This document shows, piece after piece, positions 52,903 to 64,000 of a DNA stretch of 64,000 nt. Source of the stretch: Podarcis erhardii (Eukaryota); assembly GCA_964252035.1 (NCBI GenBank), contig OZ176211.1; one strand, written 5' to 3'. Numbering within the stretch: the stretch's first letter is position 1; every line of letters begins with the position of its first letter. The position numbers and the translations under genes were made by a program. Under the pieces are notes generated by a model. It made no database searches, was not told where the DNA came from, and was given only the letters and a program-made list of their open reading frames with translations.

Positions 52903-54365
52903 GCTTTGCCCTGCCAGACTTAAAGTTGTACTATGAAGCCGCAGCTTTCTGTTGGCTAAAAGATTGGCTACTTCTCGAAAACACTGACGTGCTGGACTTG
53001 GAAGGTTTTAACAATGCTTTTGGTTGGCATGCATACTTATGGTATGACAAAGTTAAGATCAATAAGGCCTTTAAGAACCATATTGTCAGGAAAGCACTGT
53101 TCAATGTCTGGACGAAATATAAAGACTTATTGGAAAACAAAACTCCAAGGTGGCTCTCACCTCTGGAGGCTAAGGCCCTAAAAAGACCCAATATGGAGGC
53201 CAAATGGCCAAAATATTGGGAATTATTAGAAAAAGATGGAGACAATTGGAAATTGCAGAGTTTGGAGAAAATGAAGGATAAGGTGCGAGACTGGTTACAT
53301 TATGCTCAGATTAAAGAAGTTTTTAAAAATGATAAAAAGTTAGGGTTCCAGGTGGAGAAATCGAAGTTAGAAACAGAATTGTTAGAACCCAAAACCAAGG
53401 TACTATCTAGAATGTATAACTTGCTGCTAAAATGGAACACACAAGACGAAATGGTTAAATCGGCTATGATAAAATGGGCACAGGATATTGGGCATAACAT
53501 TATGTTCGAGGATTGGGAAAGGTTGTGGACCACTGGGTTGAACTTCACTGCATGTAATGCTCTGAAGGAAAATGTTATGAAAATGATATACAGATGGTAC
53601 ATGACCCCAGTTAAACTTGCCAAAATATACCATTCGTCTGACAATAAATGTTGGAAATGTAAAGAAAATGAAGGAACATTCTTTCACCTCTGGTGGACAT
53701 GCCCTAAGGTGAAGGCCTTCTGGGAAATGATATATAATGAGTTGAAAAAGGTATTTAAGTATACCTTCACTAAGAAACCAGAGGCCTTCCTTCTGGGTAT
53801 TGTCGGCCAGAAGGTGTTAAAGAAGGATCGAACATTTTTCATGTATGCAACAACGGCAGCAAGGATTCTCATCGCAAAAAATTGGAAAACTCAAGATTTA
53901 CCCACACTGGAAGAGTGGCAGATGCAGCTGATGGACTATATGCAACTGGCCGAGATGACTGGCAGAATCCGAGACCTGGGAGAAGAAAAGATGGAGGAAG
54001 ACTGGGAGAAATTCAAGATGTATCTACAAAAACATTGTAATTTGTTTGAATGTTAAGAAGGATGCTAGATTATAAAAAACTGGCCACCACTAAACTAGAC
54101 TTAAATTTGATGATAAGTGAGACTAAAGAAAATATAAAAACTTTATTGGAAAAAGTGTTAAATTATATTGGAATGTGTGGACATGAGATTGTAAACAAGT
54201 TGATAATTTGTTTGGAAAAATTCTTTTTTTAATGATGTAAATGGGAGAGGGGGACGTGAGGGAGTCCAAAGAAGTGAAGAATTTGTTGTTATAAAAGTAA
54301 GATTGTTTGATGTGTGCATTTATATTTTAAAAAAACCTTAATAAATATTTTTTAAAAAAAAAAAA
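52903..54365 (+). mobile_element. Young L1-clade LINE, 5'-truncated, with intact ORF2 C-terminus
   Basis: 385-codon open frame ending at the native stop (54056), with the CWKC...TFFHLWWTC Zn-knuckle, 3' UTR and poly(A). Perfect 18-bp TSD gaaactgggactatttgc at 52885-52902 and 54366-54383. Confidence 0.95.
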
Positions 54366-54567
54366 GAAACTGGGACTATTTGCTGCCCTCACCATTTATT
54401 GCTGTCTTTGGTAGACATTTGGACACCCACTCCCAGACTGCTGAGCCTGAGACCAATACCCTGAAGTTTGACTTGAATGGCGCCACTATCTAGTGCATTA
54501 AACATTAAAAAAAGAACATCTTCTGTATACAAGATTGCCTTCAGACAGCTTGGAGACCGGATAACTC

Positions 54568-54745
54568 CATACCATCCAACATTTCTCCAATAAAATAGGG
54601 ACCTTCTACCATACCCTCCAACATTTCACCAAAGAAAATAGGTACATCCAAAGGGAAAAGAGACATTCTGGGATCAAATCAGAAACCGGGATGGCTTCTC
54701 TAAAACAGGGATGTCCCTGGAAAATAGGGACATTTGGAGCGTTTG
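54568..54745. mobile_element. hAT-like MITE (degenerate)
   Basis: Termini cataccatccaa / ttggagcgtttg and repeated aaataggga(c) subterminal motifs; no TSD seen. Confidence 0.55.
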
Positions 54746-55544
54746 CTAATGGCTGCTTTGCATCAGCAGAATGGACTTTTACACACTTTTACTAGGCAGG
54801 GCATCAACTTTTTTTCTGAAATCCTTACCCACCACAGTCCCCCATGCCACACAGCAAGCAACATTTAAGAATTGGAGGACCCTAGAGAACAACATGGGAC
54901 ACTGCAGTAAAGGCCACAGTAAACAGTGACACTTGGCAAAAATTGGGTTGTCTCATTGTCCTCGTCCCCCCCCCCCCATCTTATGGAAGCAGAAGCACTA
55001 ATGCAAGGCCACCATGGATACAACCTGAGAAGAATAGCATTTCCCTTTTTCTTTCCAACTTCACAAGCTTCTTGACAATGAATACTGTACTGTGCATTGC
55101 TCTACTATAAATTAATTTTGACAACTGGTGAAGCCAGAAAAAAAGAAGAAAAGAGAAATGATCAATAAATCATTTGAAATGAGAATTGCTTCAGAAATAA
55201 ATCAGGGTTAGTAATGGGATGTTTATAATAGATCTATAACAATATTCCAAACTTATTTGAGCCATTTTCTTGTAATCCTTAAAGTTGCAAACATTGTCCC
55301 CTCTGGGCTACATGGCTAAGCACTGAGTAGCCAATGTAGTTGTATTACTTTTTTTCTCTTCTCCAAGGCATTCTACTTTAATTTTACTGATATGAAAGAA
55401 TCAATGTGTCATTTGCCATCTCTAAGTACACACAGAAAAGATGAGCTCGTTGTGCATGCTAACTGCTTTGAACAACAATCTATATCACAGAGGAATGAAG
55501 CATAGAGAGGCCTGTCTCGTGGAAAGTCAATAAGGACCACACTT

Positions 55545-56188
55545 TATTATTTTAATTAATTAATTACATTTATATACCACCCTTCATCTAAAGATCACAG
55601 GGTGGTTCACAATGTAAAAACATAAAAAATGCATAACATAGTAAAAAACAAAAACAGCAACCCCAGCCCACACACATTTTAAAATACCATAGATTATTTA
55701 ATTAGCCAAAGGCCTGGGAGAAGAAGACTGTTTTTGCCTGGTGCAAAAGATAGGTAATGAAGGTGCAAGACGAGCCTCCCTGGGGAGAGCATTCTACAAA
55801 CGGGAAGCCACTGCAGAAAAGGCCTGTGCCTTGGAAGTCGAAGGGAATCCGTTCCAAAAGTCCGTTTGACTTCTGAAACATTCGGAAACCAAGGAACAGC
55901 TTCCGATTGGTTTCTGATTGCACAGGCACGCCAGAAACAATAGTGGAAGTTCCGTCGGATGTTCGGCTTCCAAAAGAAGTTCGAAAACTAGAACACTCAC
56001 TTCCAGTTTTCGATCTTTCGGGAGCCGTAATGTTTGACTCCCAAGGTGTTCGGAAGCTGAGGTACAACTGCACTTGTGTTGCCACCCTCTGGACCCTCCA
56101 TTTGTGGAGGAGGCACATGACGAAGGGCTTCAGTTAGTGATTTCAGGGTCAGGGCCGGTTCATATGGGGAGAGGCAGTCCTTGAGGTA
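55545..56188 (-). mobile_element. L2 LINE 3' fragment with a nested MITE
   Basis: tttatataccaccc...gggtggttcaca 3' end. ORF2-derived gcagaaaaggcc...gtgttgccaccctc...gaggcagtccttgaggta is split by the 55829-56070 insert. Confidence 0.8.
55829..56070. mobile_element. Tigger-like MITE nested in L2, left TIR truncated
   Basis: Starts ccttggaagtcgaa, ends gaggtacaactg (cf. gaggtaccactg of the other MITEs), with repeated gttcg motifs. Confidence 0.7.
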
Positions 56189-57950
56189 ATAACTTTCTTC
56201 TACACTACTACAAGATGAACATGCCCTTGAGCAGTAGGACTCACTTTTCTATTTTTCTTGGTAGTGCTAAAAGAAAAGGATTGCTTCTTCAAAGCTTTTG
56301 TTTTGATGTCAAAATTTGCAGGTTGAATGAAATAAAGCCTTTTGTCAAACAGCTATGCAAAAGACAAATGTTTAATGCATGTTCTACAAACTAATCACAA
56401 TTCAGGGCAAATTTTATGGGTTGTATTCAACAGTGTCGCTTAGCTCAAATCCAAATCCAAACTCTAGCTGATGGTAAAGCTTCCATTAGCAGATCTGGAA
56501 AGAAATCATTCTTCAGTTATTCCTCCTCCCTCTTGCAGCCTCACACCCCCGGCCCAGTAAATCTGATCCAGAAGGGTCCCCAACTCTCTGGAGCAAATTG
56601 AGGCTATGGGGGCTGCGGAGGCGGGGAGAGAATGGCCAGAAAAATGGTTTCCTCCCAGTTCTGCTAACAGAAGCAAAGGGACAGCACAATCCCTTGTTTT
56701 ACCAAGCTCAGGGAAGCTTCCAGACTTTACTGTGCTAAAACTCAAGCAGAAAGCAGATTCAGTTTCTGAACATCAACAAGAGTTTGCTTCCATGTTCTTG
56801 GCAAGGTCTGACAGTATTTCAATAATTGTTGAAGTAGCAGAGTTTTAACCATTTTGGATTATGCAATTATACTGAAAAAGCCACCATGTAAGATACAGCC
56901 CCCCCCCCCCACTTGAGTGCAATCAACTTGCATTTGACCACCTATATGTGCAAGGCCGGGAAATAATTTAATTCAAACCCGGAAATGGCAGGAGAGAGCT
57001 GGAAAGTCCTCGTGGCTAGCAAGGAGACCCTCCTAGGAGGCTGAGGAGGACATCAGTGAGGGAGGAGGAAGCCCTGAAGAGACCCGAGGTGCAGCAGGTC
57101 TTTGTTTTGGCTGCTCAGGCTACCCGCCTAACAGCTGACATGTGGGGTAGTGTAGCAGCAGCAGCAGCCGCTTTCCCATGCATCCTCCAGCTTCCAGCCA
57201 ACCCCAGAGCTTCAACTCTAGATATTTTTGTCTGGATTGGCACGAGAGTGGACAGAAAGCTGGAGATGAGTAGGGGGGCAGGATTTGGAGGCTTTTTTAG
57301 AGGGTGCTCCCCACTTTATGGGTTTCCGGTCATGCATGTGGGGGCCCAGAATGTAAGTGACAGGGATGCCTGTACAATAAATAAACCCCTCCCAATCTCA
57401 TGTCAATTAATTGTAACTTAAAAAGCAACAACACCAGAGCTAGGCCAAAACCACAGGACAAGAGAACATATTAATAGAGAATAATATAGGCCTTGGGCTG
57501 AAACTTGTCATGCAGCAACAGAAGCTAAGAATTAAACTGTAAGAAGCAACAAGAAAGATTGTTGAAGACTGCAGGCGGGTGGGGGATACACTGGAGAGGC
57601 TAGACATATGGGAAATTGCCGAAGTATTGTGATAGGAAGGAGCCAGATGCAACACCAATTATCTGGAGAGAAGCAAATTAGGGTGAGCAGGCCTAGAACA
57701 GATTCTCAAGGGTTCTTGAAAAAGAACAGTACCTGGAGTGGGAAATCGCTAATTTAAAGAGTGAACAGCATTTCCACAGAAGCCATATCTTGCAGATGTG
57801 ACACACCACAGCAATTTCATATATCTGATATCTTATTATTTAGCTCATATATACTTGTTTCCATCATTCTTTGACTATAGTAACAAGAGACAACTTGCAT
57901 ATGTGAATCAGTCATTATAAATTAGTAGCATAAAATATTGCTCTATGTCA

Positions 57951-58110
57951 ATCATAGAATCTTAGAATTGGAAGGGACCCAAGGGTCCTCTAACTCAACC
58001 CCCTGCAATGCAGGAACCTCAGCTAAAGCATCGATGACAGATGGCCATTCAACCTCTGCTTTAAAAAAAACCTCCAAGGAAGGATAGTCCACCACCTCCC
58101 AAGGGAATCT
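57951..58110 (-). mobile_element. CR1 LINE 3' end
   Basis: atcatagaatcttagaattggaagggacc...caaccccctgcaatgcagg, the reverse complement of the CR1 terminus. Confidence 0.8.
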
Positions 58111-58179
58111 ACCTTTTCAAAGAGAAAGCCAACACTTGGGCCTAAGTCATCAAATATTATGAACATATGTACATGAATG

Positions 58180-58530
58180 AGTCTTGGGCAGATGCTTTAT
58201 ACCGAGTCAAACCATTGGTCCATCCAACGTATATTGTGCACATTTGATTGGTTTGGGTTGCCATATTTCAAAAGGTAAAACCAGGACAACCCGAAAACTG
58301 TTGAGCATTTTTTAAAAAAACAAAAATACACCCCACCCCACCGGCAATTTTGGAAATCCCCCCCCCCCGACATCAATTCTGCCTTTGAAATCCTTGTAAT
58401 ATCTGGGAAAATCTGGACATAAGGCTGCCCTAGATTGGTGCTATCTCTCCAAGGTTCAGATAAGAGCCTTTCCCAACCCTACCTGCAGATGTCAGAAATT
58501 GAGCATATAGTCTACCTCTGAGCTACAGAG
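58180..58530 (-). mobile_element. Squam2-like SINE split by a hAT-type insertion
   Basis: The SINE body reads through either side of 58254-58432 (gagtcaaaccattggtccatc... / ...ctctccaaggttcag...ctctgagctacag). Confidence 0.65.
58254..58432. mobile_element. hAT-like MITE nested in a SINE
   Basis: Termini tgggttgcca / ggctgcccta. 8-bp flanks gattggtt/gattggtg match 7/8. Confidence 0.7.
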
Positions 58531-59954
58531 AAAAAATGCTGATTCACGATAAATCTGAAAACAATGGAAAACTAAAAAAGAAGAAGGAAAAATCTACTTT
58601 GTGTTCTACAGTGCCTAGATTAGAGCTGAAACTAGTATTTTTAATTATTCAAAAACTAATCTTTTTTTCCAATTGTATTAACATTTTTAATATGAAATTT
58701 CAAATTCATTCACATTCATTTCACATGAAAAGTCAAGTGGTTTATATTTGCTGGTGTCGCTTTAATATTTTTGTATTATAAAGCATCATAAGCTACCAGC
58801 ACTTACATATTATCAGGAATTATATACCATGTAACTTTCAAAGCCACCGAATACAAAATACTACTGTATGGCTGCAATCCTATACTCACTTACTTGAGAG
58901 TAAGCCCCATTTAACTAAGTAGAGTTTCTTCCAAGTAGACAGGTATGTGGTATATGTTAGCTTAATACTGTGAATTATTAAACACCATTATGCAGCAGCT
59001 ATTAATCATAGCTAAATCATTGAAGCTAAGCTATCAAATACTGTCAAAAGGCATAGAAGAACTATAAAATATCATCAATTATCAACTGTCAGATAAGGAA
59101 ATTTAATACTACAAATATTCAGCAAATATTTGGAAAAGATATAGCACAAAACATTCACAGATAATTTTCAGGAAAAACTTAGGATGCAAATTCATTATAG
59201 TTTGTCTATGTGAACAGAAAATGGGCTGCGATAGGGACCAAGAGCTTACATATCAGGAGTCATTATCAAACTGACATTTTCCTATGCATATCAAGCAAGA
59301 TTGGGGAAATGTTTAAATTCTCAAGATAACCTAGAACAGCTAGGCAGAGAAAGAGAAATATCTGTTCTAAGAGCAGAGGTTCTGTTTAAAGTCCAAATCT
59401 GCTACTACTTCATAGGGATAGAATTAAATATCTACTTCAGCTCTTTTGTACTTTTTATATCCTTTCTTTTTATAACAGATTGGTCTCTTTAAAAAACATT
59501 TGAAACAAGATAGTAGGTTTTCTAAAAGAATATTGGCAATAGAGTGGGTTGACAGCTTTTTGAACCCCTGCGGTGCCATGAAATTACAAGCTGCACACCT
59601 GCCAAAATTCCTTCTTCTATACAACTACTGAAGATACAGACATAGACTCTTGCCCTTTGTTACATCTATTCACTCTAGCAATTGCATCCATTCAACCTAG
59701 CGGCAACTACCTGAAACTCAGTTTCTGAGGACCATTTGACACTTGACTTTTCATACTCAGGCATGATTATCCACACACAAAACACATGAGTGGCATTCTA
59801 AGGGAGCATTCATGTACTGTTAGTGGGGGCGGCGGCGAGAAACAGACTGCACTTCACTACTCAAAAAGGATGAGCAGACTTATAACACATGAATGCGACC
59901 CTCTCAACAGACACAGCAGTTGTGTATTGTGTACTGAAGGACCCATATCAGGCT

Positions 59955-59980
59955 ATGAATATTAGGCATGAATATTAGGC
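59955..59980. repeat. Short tandem duplication, atgaatattaggc x2
   Basis: Direct reading. Confidence 0.9.
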
Positions 59981-60307
59981 ACAAGATAGAAAATGTAATT
60001 GTGTGTGGGGGGGGGAACCATTGGAGGTCATTTTTGCTAGTAGTGAGGAATGTTCCCTGTTATTAGACAGCAACAGCATCAATGTGATCTGCATCACTAG
60101 GACCAGCAGAACATAGCTGATTTCCCATGGTAAGCATAACGTCATTGGGAGTGGCTGTTTCTATTGTGTTATGCCATGCTCCCCATAGTAGTCATTTTGT
60201 GTTCTGCCACACCCCTTCCAAGGCAGCTGTTTTGAGACTGGCACCCCTAGCGCTCTCTTCCAAAAGGTTGGAGACCCTTGATGTTAGCCCATTGCATCAA
60301 AAACTAC

Positions 60308-60428
60308 CAAGAATCTTGTGACACCTTAAAGTATAACAGATTTATTGCAGCATAAGCCGCATCTGATGAAGTGATCCACAAAAGCTTATCTTACAACAAA
60401 TCTCTTTAGTGTTCAAGGTGCTACAAGC
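60308..60428. mobile_element. Old inverted (palindromic) Penelope remnant
   Basis: caccttaaag...tttattgcagcataagc / aagcttat...caaatc...caaggtg form an imperfect inverted pair around gcatctgatgaagt. Confidence 0.6.
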
Positions 60429-62487
60429 CTGGCTCTAAATCCACAGTGTACTTAGATTCAGACGCTTGGTTTTGAAATACCGTATGTATAACTAAACTAC
60501 AGGGGTAGAGTCTAATATGTTCAAAACTCTTCAGAGGCACTGTTTGGAAGCTAGCAGACATTTGATAAAGGAATGTATGTCATGCTTGGTACAAGATACA
60601 TATATTGCTTATACAAATCCAAATGCAGGACAGGTCAAACAAAAACATGCAAAGATAAAATATATATACTATATCAGCAGTGCTTTTTTCTGGGAGGACG
60701 CAGGGGTACGCATACCCCTAAACATTTTGTGAATCTTTGTACTTTTGTCCATTTACTATATTTGTTTTCCCCAATTTGAACTATAAAATGGTGATTTTAT
60801 TGAGTCAAAATGAGAGTATCCCTAAACATTTGTTTAGAAAAAAAGCACTGTGTATAAGAATTATACATAAAAATAAAAAATACATAAACAACTGCTACTA
60901 CTATTTATTTTTATTTCATAAATATGCATGTCTAGAGCATACTCATAAAATAATATAATATAATCAATAAAAAGCAAGTACAACAAACTCTTAAAGCAGA
61001 ACACACATAAACCTAACAGTAAAATGCCCAGCTCCACAGGTATAACGTATGCTCTTCATGTATTGTTTTCTTACTTTGATAAAGGTACCATGTGAAATAA
61101 ATCTCACAGTACTGCCAAATTCCTAGGGCATTTGAGTTATGTTTGCTCTACGATGCAACAATATTGCTCAGAATCCTAAAAGGTGTAAGGAACTACATGT
61201 GTAGTGAAGAAGCGAGTTTTTCCTTCAGTCTCAGGAGACTCTGGTTGTTTTGGACTCCTGTGCTCAGAACTATTTGCTGGAGCTAAATTTATCTGAGACA
61301 TAAACACTACATTCTAGAATATAACATGAATCACCTCACTAAAATAAACTGATGGGCCCCCAGTGCTGCATTGTAAGAGACAATTTGAGGTCATCTTTGA
61401 ACTCTGCAACTCCAAGGGCTTAAATGTGCTTGGCAAATCTCCCAGTATCTTTTGTAGGTTTTAGTTGCTGCCTTGCACTCCACATTATTGCCAGTAAACC
61501 CAAATTATTGTAATGCAGACAGTTATTTGGGGTCACATATTTAGGGCAACAAAACTCTGGCCCTGTGCCCCTGACATTTTTCTTTTACTGCAGTCTCCAG
61601 AAGGTCAGTATCAATGGAGCAGAGGTGCAAGGCAGATGTTTTATAAGGCTGACTGCAAAGGTTGGCATTGTTAGGCATCTGCCAAGGCCCAAAAAACAGG
61701 GGGCCCACTCCCAATCACCTCCTGAACCTACTCCTCCACTCACTGCTTGTACATCTGTCCTCTCTGGAAGAAATGAACAAGTTTTTGAGAGCAGCAGCTT
61801 CCACTCACCTTCCACTCTCACTCCCAGTGTAGACTGGGCCCAGGGCACAAGGTATGCAAATGGGCAATAACATCAATGATTAGGACGAAGTGGGCTGCTA
61901 GGGGTAGGGAGGGGAGGCCTCAAGAGCATCTTATCCACAAGATCCCCCAAACCTGGACCCAACACCAGAAACACAAGAAAAAAATCACAAAAATAACAGA
62001 TTTGCCTGGCACAAATCTAGGAGGCCAGAAGGTATTCTAGAAAGAAGCACCAGCTTGTGGTCTGGCCATGTAAATGTATAGTCCCCAATACATTAAAACT
62101 CATCTGTTACTGCCACCTTTTGTCAACATCAAGACTCTGTGCTTTTAATTTTTGAAGTTCCTAGTGTACAAAATCACAAGATTGATTACTTGTTTGCATG
62201 TGGCAGGCATTACTCACTGAACTAGCTTGTTTTGCCAGCAAGCCAGCATCCAGGTACAATGACACATGAACAGTCAGATTCTCCCCATGGCATCTGTTGC
62301 ATACTAAAGGTTCACCACAAGCTAAGATCAGCTATGCAAGTAAATTCAAAAAAGATGCCTGAAATCCCTGGTTCATTAGTATCTACGCTTAGAATGTCAA
62401 CAAGGCATTCTTGCCTTGTGGGTTTTTTCTTTTCCTAATTAAGCATCAGAGAAATAATTTAGTACAGCTACAAGAATGCATCCTTAC

Positions 62488-62584
62488 CAAAAGCTAGCAG
62501 ACATCCTTCAGTGACTGAAACATCATCAATAGCAATGGTTTCTCCTGGTGTCCAAGTTTCAAATATTTGTCCTTTGATGGAAAC
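62488..62584 (-). CDS. MALRD1: MALRD1 exon, end of MAM1 (97 nt, phase 0 to 1)
   Basis: TATGCAG|GTT acceptor, TTTG|GTAAGG donor. Translates VSIKGQIFETWTPGETIAIDDVSVTEGCLLAF with the IAIDD..C MAM terminal motif. Not in the ORF track. Confidence 0.92.
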
Positions 62585-62877
62585 CTGCATAACCAGAATA
62601 TTAGGGAGACATGGCTATTCAGTAGTAATACTGTCTATTACAATACTGAAGTATCTAAAATTATCTGCAAGGAAGCTTATAAGGGAGCTTGGAAGAAGCT
62701 GTGGCTCTCTCTTTGTTCCTTTCTAGTTTAACAGAAGGTCTTACGGCCTAACACAGATGTGTTCTTTAAACATGTCCTCTGTGCCCACTCCTTTTTGGCA
62801 TCAGTGTTAGAAGATAGGACAGGGGAACAGACACCAAAAATCCCCCCCATTAAGCCATTGTGTCATAGTGCTTAGAG

Positions 62878-62979
62878 TAGCATTCCCTACTTTGTGCCCT
62901 CAATTCCCATCATCCCTGGCCTTTGGGTGGTGTCGGTTGATGTCCAAATCTTCTGGAGGGAAGCAAGTGGGAAAGGCTA
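62878..62979. mobile_element. Old URR1-like hAT MITE
   Basis: tgccctc..ttcccatcatccctg...tctggaggg...gggaaaggct. Confidence 0.5.
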
Positions 62980-63014
62980 GGTTTAAGTGTCAAAGTTGGA
63001 GCAGGGAAACTCTG

Positions 63015-63052
63015 CTCTCATAGCCTAACTTATTCTCTCATAGCCTAACTTA
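63015..63052. repeat. Short duplication, ctctcatagcctaactta x2 (period 20)
   Basis: Direct reading. Confidence 0.9.
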
Positions 63053-63193
63053 ATTCACAGCGTTGTTCTGGGAAGAAAAATGGGTGGCTGAGGAACTTCA
63101 TATGCCACACTGAATGCCTTAGAGGAAAAGCAGAACATGAATATAACTACATCCCTGTGCACCCATTACTTCTATGCAGCACATAACATAACT

Positions 63194-63449
63194 GAGAGCC
63201 AGTGTGGTGTAGTGGTTAAGAGCAGTAGTCACGTAATCTGGGGAACCGGGTTCGCGTCTCCGCTCCTCCACAGGCAGCTGCTGGGTGACTTTGGGCCAGT
63301 CACACTTCTTTGAAGTCTCTCAGCCCCACTCACCTCACAGAGTGTTTGTTGTGGGGGAGGAAGAGAAAGGAGAATGTTTGCCGCTTTGAGACTCCTTAAA
63401 GGGAGTGAAAGGCGGGATATCAAATCCAAACTCTTCTTCTCCTTCTTCT
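63194..63449 (+). mobile_element. Full-length tRNA-derived SINE with L2-like tail (Squam3-like)
   Basis: gagagccagtgtggtgtagtggttaagagc head, B box, and ...gaaaggcgggatatcaaatccaaactcttcttct tail. Confidence 0.92.
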
Positions 63450-63932
63450 ACTGACCAGAGAGGATCTAAGCTACTAGGCCTACTAGAGATAGGAAAGATG
63501 TTGTTTTTTTGAGTTTCCTAGATTTTAAAAACTCTTTTCTGAACAGACGTTAGATAAAGGGCTGGTCCCTAAATGGAAGTTTCATTAATCTTGTTTGCTA
63601 TAGGCTTGAAAACTGTAGTAATACAGTTCTAAGCACTGATATAATTATAACCTATGCATATTAGCAAGTCTTCACTGCTTCTGTTTTATTGTGATTTTAT
63701 ACTTTTAGCTACCTTGTAAATCAACATGACTAAGAAGCTTGATATGAATAATGTGTTGGATCCAGCCTATTAGTTGCACTATTAGCCTATTAGTTTGTCA
63801 AAAGTCCGACTGATTTTAATGGGAACTAAGTGCAACTAAGCAAGCCATTATAAAGAAATAAATACATGTAGCAAACCACAAGCCTAGACTTATAACTTCT
63901 TCAGGCATCAGGAAGGAAATGAAAAGGGATGC

Positions 63933-63957
63933 AGTAATACTATAGTAATACTATAGT
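63933..63957. repeat. Short tandem duplication, agtaatactat x2
   Basis: Direct reading. Confidence 0.85.
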
Positions 63958-64000
63958 GCCAGGATCCAATCCTGTTAATTATCCAAAAACAACAGTACAA

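Noticed and set aside
61785-61840. Strong minus-strand donor GAAG|GTGAGT as a candidate for the missing linker exon
   Set aside because: The nearest acceptor gives a 25-nt exon with incompatible phase and no Cys-containing linker-like peptide.

Overview
Vertebrate nuclear genomic DNA, most likely from a lacertid lizard judging by the Sauria/Squam-type SINEs, Bov-B and Penelope repeats. The window is an internal part of one large minus-strand gene, MALRD1 (MAM and LDL-receptor class A domain containing 1). I traced 16 coding exons by hand from 62584 down to 6474. All have AG/GT boundaries and compatible phases, giving 2735 nt (911 codons + 2 nt) with no stop. They encode the end of MAM1, MAM2, LDLa, MAM3, MAM4, LDLa, MAM5, LDLa and the start of MAM6. 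The start and end of the gene lie outside the window. The introns hold many transposon copies, several with clear target-site duplications (TSDs): three L1 3' fragments, Bov-B, RTE, RTE-X, CR1, L2, Penelope, a solo LTR, three SINE families and several MITE families. There are no prokaryotic features, CRISPR arrays or true RNA genes, and almost all short ORFs in the track are spurious. I do not see a new multi-gene system. The most interesting signal is an unusual cysteine pattern in this MALRD1: an LDLa module that has lost Cys3, a divergent MAM2, and one extra Cys each in MAM3 and MAM4. An apparently missing MAM1-MAM2 linker and several TE-derived regulatory candidates are also notable. Comparisons with human MALRD1 and repeat-family names are from memory and need database confirmation.
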